A stretch of 64,000 nucleotides of DNA, from contig JBGAND010000020.1 in the NCBI GenBank assembly GCA_044222485.1, positions 17,907-81,906 on the forward strand, written 5' to 3'. The notes beneath the pieces were generated by a model. The model had not been told where the DNA came from. It saw nothing but the letters and a program-made list of their open reading frames with translations, and ran no database searches. Position numbers and translations under genes: made by a program. Origin of the DNA: Phycisphaerales bacterium (lineage in GTDB: Bacteria; Planctomycetota; Phycisphaerae; Phycisphaerales; UBA1924). Shown here one piece after another: positions 1 through 9,854 of the stretch. The number at the start of each line of letters is the position of its first letter. Position 1 is the stretch's first letter.

Positions 1-2247
1 AGTGAGGCTGGAGATGTCCCGCAGCCCCAGCATCGACATGTGGAGTGTGCGAGGAATGGGCGTCGCCGAGAGGGTGAGGACATCCACCGTGAGGCGGAGC
101 CGGAGCAGCCGCTCCTTGTGCTCAACGCCGAACCGCTGCTCCTCATCCACAATCACCAATCCCAGGTCATTAAACTTCACATCCTGCGAGAGCAGCCGAT
201 GCGTGCCGATCACGATGTCCACGTGCCCCTTGCGGACCGCGGCCAAGATCTGGTTCGCTTCCTGGTTGGTCTTGAACCGCGACAGCGACTCGACCTTGAA
301 CGGGTAATCGGCAAACCGCGCCCGGAACGTCCGCTCATGTTGCTCGGCGAGCACGGTGGTCGGCACCAGCACCGCCACCTGTTTCCCATACTCCGCGGCC
401 TTGAACGCCGCCCGGATCGCCAGCTCCGTCTTGCCAAATCCCACATCGCCGCAGATCAGCCGATCCATGGGGCGGGTCGAAAGCATGTCCTTCTTGATCT
501 CGGCCAGGGCTGCAAGCTGGTCCTCGGTTTCCTCGTACGGAAACTCGGCCTCGAACTCTTTCTGCCAAGTGGTGTCGGGCGGGTAGTGGATACCGGGCAT
601 GTGCTCGCGTGCGGCCCGGACTCGCAGCATTTCGGCCGCGAGGTCTTTGACACTCTCGGAGACCTTCTCTTTCTGAGACTTCCACCGCTGGCCACCCAGG
701 GTCGAGAGCTGGGGCTTGCCGTGGAAGCCGCCGATGTACTTCTGGACCTGATCGATGTTCGGCGCGGGCACGTGCAGCTTGGCCTTGCCTGCAAACTCAA
801 GCGTCAGGTATTCCTGCGGCTCGATCGTGGCCCGATCGGTATGAGCTTCACGCAGCCCCGCAGGAATGTGCGACGAATCCGTCCCACCCGCCACCTCGCG
901 GTGCCGCGGCGGCTTCATGACTTTCAGCCCGATGAACTTGGCGATGCCGTGATCGGCGTGGACGACGTAGTCCCCGGGCGCGAAGTCCAGGAACGTATCC
1001 ATCGCGCGCCCGGCCTTGAGGCGCACGTTCCGCCGCCGCGCGTGGTAGCGGTGGAGAAGCTCGTGGTAAGGCACCAGCGAGAGTGACTTCTCTGCCTTCG
1101 TGCCTTCCGCCAGATCCACGACGAATCCCCGGTGGACGTACGCAACGGTGGATTCGATCTGCTTGGTGGCCTCCGGCGAGAACTCGGTCACCAGTTCCTG
1201 AAACCGCTGCAGCTCACCGGCGTTCTGGCAATACACCACTACCCGCTGCTCCGCGGCCATCACCGCGAGCTCTTTCACCGCATCCGAAGCATCCTGAGCA
1301 AACGGCGGTAACTGCGAGAAGGGCAGCTCGACCCGCGAATCCGCCGTGGCCGCGCCCGCGGAGAACTGGTTGATCTCGGCAAGGCCCCCGAACCGGTCCG
1401 CCAGAAGCTTGAAAATCGCGGGGGGGCCGTAGATGCCCCGGGGATCGGAAACGCGCTCGTAGTACCCGCGCCCCTGCTCGGTCACTTCCATCGTTTCGCT
1501 GATGACGGCGATGGCGTTGCGAGGCAGAAGCTCCAGGAAGTTCACCGACCCCTCATCGCTTGTAACGGTGCCCGGAGTTGCACAAACAAGCTCGACACGC
1601 TCCATCGAGCGCGACGACCCCATCGTCTCCGGATCAACCTCCATGATCCGCTCGACCTGATCTCCAAAGAACTCGACGCGGACCGGACCCTCACCGCCGG
1701 ATGCGGGGAAGACATCGAGCAACCCGCCGCGCACCGCAAAGTCCCCCGGCTCTTCCGCGGCCTCTACCCGCGTGTATCCGGCCTGATCCAACCAACGAAT
1801 CAGGTCGCCGTGATCGACGTTCTGCCCGCGCGACACGACCCTCGAAAGCCGCTCCAAACTGGCCGCGGCTGGAACGGACTGCATCAACCCCTGGATCGGG
1901 CAAACCACGACCGTCCCGTCCGACAGCCCCACAACCGCTCGAACAACGCTCAGCCGCTCTGCGAAGAGTTCAACACTGACACCGGTCTCGCCGGGCAATA
2001 CCTCAAGTCCGGGCAATCGCAGCACGCTCGCGCCGGCCGCGGATAACTCATCTTGAATCTCGTCAGCCTCATCCAGGTGCGCGACGACCAGAACGACGGG
2101 CCGCTTGAGCCTCTGAGCGATGGCCGCGGCCACCAAGGATGTCGAAGACCCCGACACCCCCGTCGCCACGCAACGTCGCCCCTTGGCGAGCGCATCGGAT
2201 AGCGCGCTCACCGCCGGCAACGAGGAAATGACGCTCAGAAGGTCCAT
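1..2247 (-). CDS. mfd: transcription-repair coupling factor Mfd, N-terminal 749 codons (3' end lies outside the window)
   Basis: Not in the ORF track because it runs off the window edge. Manual reverse translation from ATG at 2247 gives MDLLSVISSLPAVSALSDALAKGRRCVATGVSGSS. Further on it reads VKFNDLGLVIVDEEQRFGVE (121-180) and PIPRTLHMSMLGLRDISSLT (1-60), which are SF2 helicase motifs typical of Mfd. The frame stays open to position 1. Confidence 0.9.
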   Translation of the reverse strand, partial: MDLLSVISSLPAVSALSDALAKGRRCVATGVSGSSTSLVAAAIAQRLKRPVVLVVAHLDEADEIQDELSAAGASVLRLPGLEVLPGETGVSVELFAERLSVVRAVVGLSDGTVVVCPIQGLMQSVPAAASLERLSRVVSRGQNVDHGDLIRWLDQAGYTRVEAAEEPGDFAVRGGLLDVFPASGGEGPVRVEFFGDQVERIMEVDPETMGSSRSMERVELVCATPGTVTSDEGSVNFLELLPRNAIAVISETMEVTEQGRGYYERVSDPRGIYGPPAIFKLLADRFGGLAEINQFSAGAATADSRVELPFSQLPPFAQDASDAVKELAVMAAEQRVVVYCQNAGELQRFQELVTEFSPEATKQIESTVAYVHRGFVVDLAEGTKAEKSLSLVPYHELLHRYHARRRNVRLKAGRAMDTFLDFAPGDYVVHADHGIAKFIGLKVMKPPRHREVAGGTDSSHIPAGLREAHTDRATIEPQEYLTLEFAGKAKLHVPAPNIDQVQKYIGGFHGKPQLSTLGGQRWKSQKEKVSESVKDLAAEMLRVRAAREHMPGIHYPPDTTWQKEFEAEFPYEETEDQLAALAEIKKDMLSTRPMDRLICGDVGFGKTELAIRAAFKAAEYGKQVAVLVPTTVLAEQHERTFRARFADYPFKVESLSRFKTNQEANQILAAVRKGHVDIVIGTHRLLSQDVKFNDLGLVIVDEEQRFGVEHKERLLRLRLTVDVLTLSATPIPRTLHMSMLGLRDISSLT

Positions 2248-2343
2248 GGTCAACTCGGAGCGCGCACAAGCCTGCCCCGACTCCCACACAGGAGCCCGGG
2301 CCGAGCATTAACTGGCAAGAGTCTATGACGGAATATGCGGGAG

Positions 2344-2823
2344 TCAGTCCACGCTGACCAGCGGCCGGAGCTTCGCCATCGTCTTGGTCCCGATTCCCTT
2401 CACCGAATCGAGTTGATCTACTGAAGTGAACTTCCCGTGAGTGCTGCGATATTCCAGGATTCGTTTGGCCATCGCCGGCCCGATGCCGGGGAGAAGCTCG
2501 AGCTCCGCCTGCGTCGCGGTGTTCAGGTTGACGCGGTGGGTGGTCGGCAGCGCCACTTTGACGGCTTCCGCCGTTGGCTCGGGCGGGGTGTCCGGTGCGC
2601 CAGCGATTGGCGCGATTGGTGCGACCGGCAGGGGTTCCTTAGCCGGCTCAGTTCTAACCTGCTCAACGGGCTTCGCGGCGGGCGCGCGCTCTGGGTGGGT
2701 CACCGTCACCGGCTTGCGATTGCCGCCGAGAGACCACGCCATCCCGCCCATGGATGCCGCGGCCAGCAGAATCGCAGCGCCCCACTTGGCGGGTCCGGTT
2801 GTCCAGTCTGAAGCGATCCGCAT
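2344..2823 (-). CDS. comEA: ComEA-like helix-hairpin-helix DNA-binding protein with N-terminal membrane anchor
   Basis: C-terminus NLNTATQAELELLPGIGPAMAKRILEYRSTHGKFTSVDQLDSVKGIGTKTMAKL is the ComEA HhH signature. I take the internal ATG at 2823 (MRIASDWTTGPAKWGAAILLAAA, a TM segment) as the start. The track ORF 2344..3282 extends upstream into the neighbouring gene. Confidence 0.8.
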   Translation of the reverse strand: MRIASDWTTGPAKWGAAILLAAASMGGMAWSLGGNRKPVTVTHPERAPAAKPVEQVRTEPAKEPLPVAPIAPIAGAPDTPPEPTAEAVKVALPTTHRVNLNTATQAELELLPGIGPAMAKRILEYRSTHGKFTSVDQLDSVKGIGTKTMAKLRPLVSVD

Positions 2824-2848
2824 GAGAAGCTCCCGAGGGGGAGGGGGA

Positions 2849-4573
2849 CTACTTGCGACCGGAGACGAGTTTACGAACTTCGGCAAGTGCCAGGGCCGCG
2901 GGTTTGATGACACCGGTGTCCGAAACCAATCCGCCGCCGGGCATGTCGGAGTCGGAAGAATCGTAAAGGTCCTGCCAGCAGACGCTGTGGACGTACGGCA
3001 TGGAGGCGGCGACGGCCAAGGCCTGGGTGAGCCAGCGGGCCTGGGATTCGTTGGACCAGTTGGCGCGCCACGACCCGCCATCTTCCGGGGCGTAGGGTCG
3101 GCGTCCGGCATCTTCACCCGCGGGGCCGCGGTTGATTGGATGGCTGGGAGCACCCATTGCGGATACAGAGAGCGGCTTATCAAGTTCGGCGTACCGGTCG
3201 AGCAGGTCGGCCATGGCCATGAGGTCGCGGGTGGTGCGGCCGGGTGAGGGCTGGCCCATCTGGAGGCGGATGGCATATGCATCCACCATGATCCCGGCCT
3301 GGGGGATCATGTCGGCGTACATCTTGGGGGGCATCGACCGCTTGTTGCGAGAGAAGTACTCACCCCAGGGCTGGGCGATTTCGATTTGGACCTTGGCGTT
3401 GGGTTGCAGCTTGCGGACCAGGAGCGTGCACATCCTGGTGAGGTCCATCATCCGCTCCAGCGTCATCGCGAAGGACTCGTTGATGTGCAGGCCGGAGCAG
3501 ACGGTCCAGCGGGCGACCGTGCGGCGATAGCGGGTCACGATGGTTTTGATGTGCTCATAGACCAGTTCACGCAGCGTTTCGTAATCGTTTTCCCAGATGT
3601 AGAGCCATTCCGGGACGCAGAGCTCTCGGAAGTCGATCAGCGGGCCCGCGTGAACCGGGACTTTGGCTGTCCGCACGGCCCACTCGATCCACTTGTCGGT
3701 CTTGGCGAAGGAGTACTTCCCTTCGGTGGGTTCCATGTCGATCCATCGCATGGGCATGGTTACAAAGTCGCAGGTACCCGCGATGACCCGGGCCAGGGTC
3801 TCGTTGAACGTTCCGGGGCTGATCGCGCAGCCGACCTGCACGGGCTGGGGCAAGATGACGCCCGCGCCGTCGGGGTTTTTGGCCGCGCCATCGGGGATCG
3901 CCCGGTCGGCGGACATTCCATCGGTGGCCCGTTCCAGGGCTGCCTTGTGCATGCTGCCATCCAGGCGCGTCCGGATGAGGGTTTCGGTGTTCAAAAGGGC
4001 AAGCTGCTCCCCGGCGTCGACGGCCAGGGACAAAGCCCGCTTCGCTGCCGCATCCGCTTCCAACATGGATGCCGGGTCTGGGCCGCTGGCTGGGCCTTCA
4101 GCGTGATGGCACAGGGCGACCAGAGAGGTCGTGAACTCCGCCCGGGCCTGCTCGAACTGCTTCAGGATGGGGTGGTCGCTGGGTAGGTCAAAGAGGCTCC
4201 ACTGCTCCAGTTTGTTCAGGACCATCATGATTCGATGCCGCGCGAGCTCGAGGCTCAGGAGGTAGGGCTCGGCCCGGTCCGGGAGCAGGCATGTCCGGAG
4301 GGTGAGCAGGCCCAGGCTGGAATCGCCCTTAAGCACCCCCCCAACGGGGCGACCCGCGACGCTGGCCTTGGGGGTCACGCCGGGTGGCAGGTCCACCTGA
4401 AACTGGAGGGCCAAGCCGGAGGTATCGGTGGTCGGCTTCTCGCAGAGGATGACGCCTCGCTCAAAGGAGACATCTCCCTGCACGGGAACCTCATCGGGAC
4501 CGAAGAGGTACGCCTTGCGAAGGGGCCATTCTTTGGCCGGGCCGTTGCCATCAAAGACCGCGAACGAGAGCAT
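2849..4573 (-). CDS. GH10-like (xylanase-fold TIM barrel) protein, 574 aa, possibly non-catalytic
   Basis: Track ORF 2849..5605 trimmed to ATG 4573 (MLSFAVFDGNG), because the upstream part overlaps purC on the other strand. The block MRWIDMEPTEGKYSFAKTDKWIEWA...IVTRYRRTVARWTVCSGLHINE follows the GH10 pattern up to the acid/base Glu. Confidence 0.6.
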   Translation of the reverse strand: MLSFAVFDGNGPAKEWPLRKAYLFGPDEVPVQGDVSFERGVILCEKPTTDTSGLALQFQVDLPPGVTPKASVAGRPVGGVLKGDSSLGLLTLRTCLLPDRAEPYLLSLELARHRIMMVLNKLEQWSLFDLPSDHPILKQFEQARAEFTTSLVALCHHAEGPASGPDPASMLEADAAAKRALSLAVDAGEQLALLNTETLIRTRLDGSMHKAALERATDGMSADRAIPDGAAKNPDGAGVILPQPVQVGCAISPGTFNETLARVIAGTCDFVTMPMRWIDMEPTEGKYSFAKTDKWIEWAVRTAKVPVHAGPLIDFRELCVPEWLYIWENDYETLRELVYEHIKTIVTRYRRTVARWTVCSGLHINESFAMTLERMMDLTRMCTLLVRKLQPNAKVQIEIAQPWGEYFSRNKRSMPPKMYADMIPQAGIMVDAYAIRLQMGQPSPGRTTRDLMAMADLLDRYAELDKPLSVSAMGAPSHPINRGPAGEDAGRRPYAPEDGGSWRANWSNESQARWLTQALAVAASMPYVHSVCWQDLYDSSDSDMPGGGLVSDTGVIKPAALALAEVRKLVSGRK

Positions 4574-4726
4574 GCCGACGGGGGTCCTCCATCTGCCGGT
4601 TCCGGGGCGCGGCGAGGGTGGTGCTGGGGAGAGGGGAGCGGGGGGGTATTGTCGCGATTCCATGCTAGCCCGCAACTGGGGGTAAACGGACCCGTTTGGG
4701 AGGCCTTGACCCGTTACGATGCGGCC

Positions 4727-5653
4727 ATGCAAGCAGTTTCCCACCCGGTGTTTGCGACCCACCTGAACCTTCCCGGCCGCCGCCAGGGCAAGGTCCGGGA
4801 TATCTACGAACTGCCCGGGACCCCCCCCAAGGTTGTGATAGTGGCCTCGGACCGCATCTCGGCCTTTGACGTTGTGATGCCCTCTCCCATGACGGGGAAA
4901 GGCAAGGTTCTTACCGAGATATCCACGTTCTGGTTTCAGTTCATTCAGAAGCGGAACCTGTCGCCGACGCACCTGATCTCGACCAACGAAAGGGACATTC
5001 CGGCTTCGGCCTTGGGCGATACCACCTATGAGCAGCTTCGGGGGCGGGTCACGATTGGGAAGAAGTGTTCGGTCATCCCGGTTGAATGCGTCGTGCGCGG
5101 GTATCTGGAGGGTTCGGGGTGGAAGGATTATCAGGCGACGGGCTCGGTGTGCGGAGTAAAGCTGCCCGCGGGGCTTCGCCAGTGCGACAAGCTGCCTCAG
5201 CCCATCTTCACACCCGCGACTAAGGCTCCGCAGGGCCAGCATGATGAGAACATCAGCTTTGAGCGGGCGTGCCAGGAGGTGGGTAAGGAGCTGATGACGA
5301 CGCTGCGGGATCGGACGATCGCGATTTACACGGCCGCGGCCGATTATGCCCGGTCTCGCGGGATCATCATCGCGGACACCAAGTTCGAATTCGGGCTGGA
5401 GGGGAACTCCAAGGACCCGATCTTGATCGATGAGGCCCTGACACCGGATAGCTCGCGGTTCTGGCCGCTGGATGGGTACACACCGGGGCGGGCCCAGAAG
5501 AGCTTCGACAAGCAGTTCCTGCGGGAGTACTTGCAGGAGCTGGTGGACCAGGGCAAGTGGAACAAGCAGGCGCCGGGGCCGGAGATTCCCGAGTCGATCA
5601 TGCAAGGGACGCTGGCGAAGTACGCGGAGGCGCGGGAGAGGTTGTGCGGCTGA
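4727..5653 (+). CDS. purC: phosphoribosylaminoimidazole-succinocarboxamide (SAICAR) synthase
   Basis: From ATG 4727 the protein reads MQAVSHPVFATHLNLPGRRQGKVRDIYE...VIVASDRISAFDVV...IIIADTKFEFG...DEALTPDSSRFW, which are classic PurC motifs. The upstream part of track ORF 4235..5653 is not coding-like. Confidence 0.93.
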   Translation: MQAVSHPVFATHLNLPGRRQGKVRDIYELPGTPPKVVIVASDRISAFDVVMPSPMTGKGKVLTEISTFWFQFIQKRNLSPTHLISTNERDIPASALGDTTYEQLRGRVTIGKKCSVIPVECVVRGYLEGSGWKDYQATGSVCGVKLPAGLRQCDKLPQPIFTPATKAPQGQHDENISFERACQEVGKELMTTLRDRTIAIYTAAADYARSRGIIIADTKFEFGLEGNSKDPILIDEALTPDSSRFWPLDGYTPGRAQKSFDKQFLREYLQELVDQGKWNKQAPGPEIPESIMQGTLAKYAEARERLCG

Positions 5654-5673
5654 CGCTTTGACCTGCGACGCAC

Positions 5674-7650
5674 TTACTTCGCTTCGATCGCCGGCCTTCC
5701 CTGGGCCGCTCTAAGCCTCTCGGCCATCATCTTGCGGTGTTCCTCTAGGTGGGGGGGTGGGAGGAAGACCTGGTCAAACGGCCGGCCATCCTTGGTCTTG
5801 GCCAGGTCGTCCATGTAGTCCTTAAAGCGGTCGCGCATCAGGTCGTAGCCCCAGAGCTTCAGGTCATCGGGTGCGCCGTCGTAGACGCGCTCGGCATCAT
5901 CTGGGTCGAGGATGACGACCATGTTGGCGAACTCTTCGCCGGCGACGATCCGGAAGTCGCGGTTGAGCTGGGCCATGCGGCCGCCGTCATCGCGGCTGAC
6001 CTGCGTCTGTATGCCCTGGGTTGAGAAGTAGTATTGATGGACCAACTGGGCGTACTTGAACTGCTGCTCGAAGAGTTCTTTGTCGCCGGTGAGCAGGCCG
6101 TTGACGAACGCGCCCTGCAGGGCACCCACGCACTCTTCGCGCATCACGCTGGGACGCTTGAGAGCCTCATCCATGAGTTCACCTTTGACAAACTCATCGA
6201 TGGGTTTGGCGAGCTTGGCGGGGCGATCCGGATCGTTGGTGTTGGCGCCGACCCAGACGCCAAGTTCATCCTTGTACTTGGTCGCCAGCGCCACCTGACC
6301 ACGCCGGTAGAGGAAGCGGATGGCATCCATCATTAGGTTGTCGTACCCCGCGGAATAAAAGCTGTAGACACGGCGCGGGTTGTCAGCCCAGGACAAGCTC
6401 TTGAACCACTCCAGGTGCTGTTTGTACGACTCGATGAACGCGACGTTGGGGGAGGCGCGGTAGTTGACGTTGCGGTCATCACCGGTCTTGATGAACGAGA
6501 GGTAGTCAAACCAAAGGTCGCCGGAGCGCCAGAGTTCCTGAAGGGACTGGACCGCGACGCGGCCGGCGTTGATGAAGTCAAAGTCCTTCTTGTTGGCTTG
6601 CTGCACGCGTTCCAGGGCGTTTTCGACGCCGCGCTGAGACCAGTAGAGGCCGTGGGCCGCGAAGTGACGCCAGTCAATGGGGCCGTACGCTATGGTGTAG
6701 CGGAGCATGCGCTCCGGCTCCATGCGGTATTCATCGATGATCCAGCGCCGCCGGATGAAAGCGAGCAGGGGCGGCCATGTCTTGGCCATGGCGGGGTCTT
6801 CGATGAGATTCACGAACGACCTGCGGCGTTCATCAAAGAACTTGGACTTCTCGAAGACCTTGCGTTCGGATGAGGAGATGATGGCGCGGAGGGTGGTGTA
6901 GTTCTGGGCGACCTTCCAGTCGGGCTCGAACCCGGTCTCGGCCTTGAGGCGATCCACCAGCACGCGCACCGAGGGCTCGCGGGCGATGACCTGGTCGAGC
7001 GTGTCCGGGGATTCGGCGATGGGGCGGATCCACGCGACGTACTTATCTGAAAGTTGTTCGCGGTCGCGGTTGCGATAATCGGGCGTGGGTGGGGGACCCA
7101 GGATGTTGGTCCACTCCAGGGCCAAGCGCTTCTTGTAGTACATGTTGGCTTCGTCCATGTACCCGCCGATTTTGTGCAGGAACAGCCACCCCAGCTCTTT
7201 GTGCATGAGCAGGTCGTTTGGGTTGGCCGGGAGGCCCTCATCGCGCATGAGCTTGATGCCCGACTGCACCCAGTTCCAGCGCTCGGGCTGGGTCTGCGTC
7301 TGGACCGAGATGTTGTACGCCATGTTCCAGGCGTGGAAGACCCAGACCTGCGGATAGCGCGGCTGGAGCTTGGTGATGGCCCGGGCCAGGTCCATGGACT
7401 CGTAGAAGCGGCCATCTTCTTTGAGGTTGTTGGCGCGGATCCAGAGGAAGTTGACAAACAGGCCGCGGAACGCGCCCATCGCAATACCCACCGCGACCTG
7501 CGGCGGCTGGCCCTCAACCTCGGTGTCGGCGTAGCCCAGTTTGTATCGCCCGCCCGAGGAAGTGAGGCTGACTGCGAGCACGCCCGAAGCGGCCAGGCAG
7601 CCGACCATGACGAGCATCGCAATGAGTTGGATCCAGGTGTCGCGTTTCAT
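5674..7650 (-). CDS. conserved-looking hypothetical protein with N-terminal membrane anchor, 658 aa; last gene of the SPFH/ABC operon
   Basis: Long ORF with GC3 bias. The ATG at 7650 gives MKRDTWIQLIAMLVMVGCLAASGVLAV (a TM/signal anchor). I recognise no domain. Confidence 0.7.
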   Translation of the reverse strand: MKRDTWIQLIAMLVMVGCLAASGVLAVSLTSSGGRYKLGYADTEVEGQPPQVAVGIAMGAFRGLFVNFLWIRANNLKEDGRFYESMDLARAITKLQPRYPQVWVFHAWNMAYNISVQTQTQPERWNWVQSGIKLMRDEGLPANPNDLLMHKELGWLFLHKIGGYMDEANMYYKKRLALEWTNILGPPPTPDYRNRDREQLSDKYVAWIRPIAESPDTLDQVIAREPSVRVLVDRLKAETGFEPDWKVAQNYTTLRAIISSSERKVFEKSKFFDERRRSFVNLIEDPAMAKTWPPLLAFIRRRWIIDEYRMEPERMLRYTIAYGPIDWRHFAAHGLYWSQRGVENALERVQQANKKDFDFINAGRVAVQSLQELWRSGDLWFDYLSFIKTGDDRNVNYRASPNVAFIESYKQHLEWFKSLSWADNPRRVYSFYSAGYDNLMMDAIRFLYRRGQVALATKYKDELGVWVGANTNDPDRPAKLAKPIDEFVKGELMDEALKRPSVMREECVGALQGAFVNGLLTGDKELFEQQFKYAQLVHQYYFSTQGIQTQVSRDDGGRMAQLNRDFRIVAGEEFANMVVILDPDDAERVYDGAPDDLKLWGYDLMRDRFKDYMDDLAKTKDGRPFDQVFLPPPHLEEHRKMMAERLRAAQGRPAIEAK

Positions 7651-7656
7651 AGGGAG

Positions 7657-7790
7657 GAAGGCGCGGAGGCACGGAGGCACGAAGGCAGGGAGTGGAAGAC
7701 ACTCCGCGTTCGAGCCTTATCGCAACCGCCTTGTCTTCTGCCTTTCTGCATGCCCTTGGTGCCTTTGTGCCTCAATGCCTTCGTGCCTAC
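7657..7790. repeat. two inverted arrays of 8-nt tandem repeats in an intercistronic spacer
   Basis: Left array 7657-7688 reads GAAGGCGC GGAGGCAC GGAGGCAC GAAGGCAG. Right array 7759-7790 reads GTGCCTTT GTGCCTCA ATGCCTTC GTGCCTAC, with weaker units from 7738. The cores AGGCAC and GTGCCT are reverse complements. Confidence 0.8.
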
Positions 7791-7793
7791 TTC

Positions 7794-9854
7794 TTACTGC
7801 CCGGAATAGGTCGCCAGTTCGCGCTTCCTGAAGATCGATACCGCGACGCCGTACAGCACGAGCGTCCACGAGGCCAGAACCGTGGTGCCCCAGACCACGC
7901 TGCTCCAACTGAGGAGTTGCCCGTCGACCAGCTTGGTCGTCGGCTTGAGGTTCGCGTAGGTCTTGAACATCCACGACACGAACAAGCCGACGGCGCGGAT
8001 CACGACCTTCCAGTAGGCGATGTTGTTGTGCTCATCCGCGGCATCGTAATACTCAAGCGAAGCGGCCAGGAAGCCCGAGCCTTCGGCACAGAAGAACACC
8101 GCGAGGGCGACGAGGCATGCAACGGGAAAGCTCAAAAAGGTAGCCGCGGTGACGGCGAGCATGGAAAGGAACGCCAGCTTGACCCAGAGGACAAAGGCGA
8201 CGCGCAGGAAGTTCATCTGGAAGCTGCCGGCGGAGTAGGTGATTTCCAGGCCGCCGGCAGGTATCTGGCAGGTCTCGGGGTTGGGCTTGACCATGGTGGA
8301 CCCGTTCTGCTGCGGGACGACCGCCGCATTAAAGATGTCCATGGTCACTTCGCCGTTCTCGTCGATGACCTCCGGGAAGAGCATGAGCGTGTGCGTCGGG
8401 CCCAGGCCGACCTCTTCAGGAGGCAGCGGATGGCCACCGAACATGAACGTGAGCTTGTAGAACTGGTCGGGAGCGTTGGCACCGGCATCGATTCGGTAGC
8501 GGACCGTCAGGAGTTTGCCGGATCCGCGGGCCGCCTCCAGCCCCTTGAACGTGAACCGGCGGCCTTCTCCTGGCGGGATGCCACGGGTGCTGGCAATCGC
8601 CTGCTTATAGAAGTCGGCGACGACCTTGTCGTAGGTCAACTGGTCCTGCCCGAACTCGGGGTCGCGAATCCGCTCGCGTTCAATGAAAGGCTTGACGAAC
8701 TTGGTGAGGAATTTCTCATCCGTGATGAGGAACGGGATCTCCGGCTGAACCGACTTGCGGGCCTGGAGCACCTGGCTTTCGAGGACCATCCGATCTTCAG
8801 TCGGCGCCTCGGCGGCGACGACGGCGGCGCGTGTGCGCTCACCTTCCGCGGGCTGCTCGCGGAGATACTCCGTGAACAAGAACACGCCTGTGCAGCACAC
8901 GGCCAATAGCACCGCGTTAAGTCCGATGAGGCCCAGCCACTTGCCCAGGATGAACTGAGCGGCCGAGACCGGTTTGGTCATGGTTTGCCAGATCTGCCGG
9001 TCGCGCTGCTCAAACGCGACGGACCCCACGCCAAAGAGGAGCGTGAGCATGGCGATGAGCCAGTAGGACCCGCCGGTACCCCATTGCAGGAAACTCTGAA
9101 CGCGGTAACGCAGCGGAGTGGACTGGTCCAGCAGGAGTGGCAGGGCCGCGAGGGCGAAAATAAGCACGACGATAAAGATCAGGGAGACCTTCATCCGCAG
9201 CGCTTCGATGATTGTCTTGGTGGCGATGCCTCGAACGGAGGAGTCGGTGGGGAGAGGAAGCACCTTGCTCGAGGTGTTGCCGATGGCGGAGGTGAAGGGC
9301 TTGGTCAATGTCCCCAGCAGTTCTGACACGGGGTTGTCCGACAAGATCGCGCGAAGCCCCGCGATAAGCGCCGTGAACGCGGCCGCGAGGGACACGACGC
9401 CGACCAGCAGCGTGGCGTAGCTCTTCATCGACGGAACACGCGACATCGGGAGGGCCACGCCGATCGCCAGGGCCAGCAATGCAAGGTAGGTCAGGGCCAG
9501 GCCGAGCCAGACCACAATGAGCATGACGCCAGCGGAGACGCAGATGCCTACGGCGACATTGGTCGGGCTGCGCCGCGCCTGGGCGATCTCTTCCATGATC
9601 TTCTGAGCCGCCTGCATCGAGGACTTGAAATCGGCGATCTGCTTGAGGGTCTCGGCATCGGGTTGCTCAGCCTCGGGCGTGACGGATGCGGCGGGTTCGG
9701 GCTCTCCGGGGATGGCCGCGGGCGGACGCGAAATGACCATGTAGGTGACGAACGCCGCGACCGCGAGCGCGACGACCAAGGCCGAGGCCGCGACCTTGAA
9801 GGGCAGCGACTTCTGCACGCGGTTGCACGTACTGAGGAACTCCCGAGGCTTCAC
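7794..9854 (-). CDS. large ABC-2-type transporter permease-like membrane protein, 686 aa
   Basis: It has many hydrophobic segments. The block FEQRDRQIWQTMTKPVSAAQFILGKWLGLIGLNAVLL resembles the ABC-2/NosY-type permease core. The GTG start overlaps the upstream ATPase stop (GTGA at 9851-9854). Confidence 0.75.
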   Translation of the reverse strand: MKPREFLSTCNRVQKSLPFKVAASALVVALAVAAFVTYMVISRPPAAIPGEPEPAASVTPEAEQPDAETLKQIADFKSSMQAAQKIMEEIAQARRSPTNVAVGICVSAGVMLIVVWLGLALTYLALLALAIGVALPMSRVPSMKSYATLLVGVVSLAAAFTALIAGLRAILSDNPVSELLGTLTKPFTSAIGNTSSKVLPLPTDSSVRGIATKTIIEALRMKVSLIFIVVLIFALAALPLLLDQSTPLRYRVQSFLQWGTGGSYWLIAMLTLLFGVGSVAFEQRDRQIWQTMTKPVSAAQFILGKWLGLIGLNAVLLAVCCTGVFLFTEYLREQPAEGERTRAAVVAAEAPTEDRMVLESQVLQARKSVQPEIPFLITDEKFLTKFVKPFIERERIRDPEFGQDQLTYDKVVADFYKQAIASTRGIPPGEGRRFTFKGLEAARGSGKLLTVRYRIDAGANAPDQFYKLTFMFGGHPLPPEEVGLGPTHTLMLFPEVIDENGEVTMDIFNAAVVPQQNGSTMVKPNPETCQIPAGGLEITYSAGSFQMNFLRVAFVLWVKLAFLSMLAVTAATFLSFPVACLVALAVFFCAEGSGFLAASLEYYDAADEHNNIAYWKVVIRAVGLFVSWMFKTYANLKPTTKLVDGQLLSWSSVVWGTTVLASWTLVLYGVAVSIFRKRELATYSGQ

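Noticed and set aside
2849-5605. 918-aa minus-strand ORF spanning the GH10-like gene and continuing through purC.
   Set aside because: The upstream 344 codons are Arg/Pro/Leu-rich antisense of purC, which has unmistakable motifs on the plus strand. An internal ATG at 4573 gives a sensible N-terminus.
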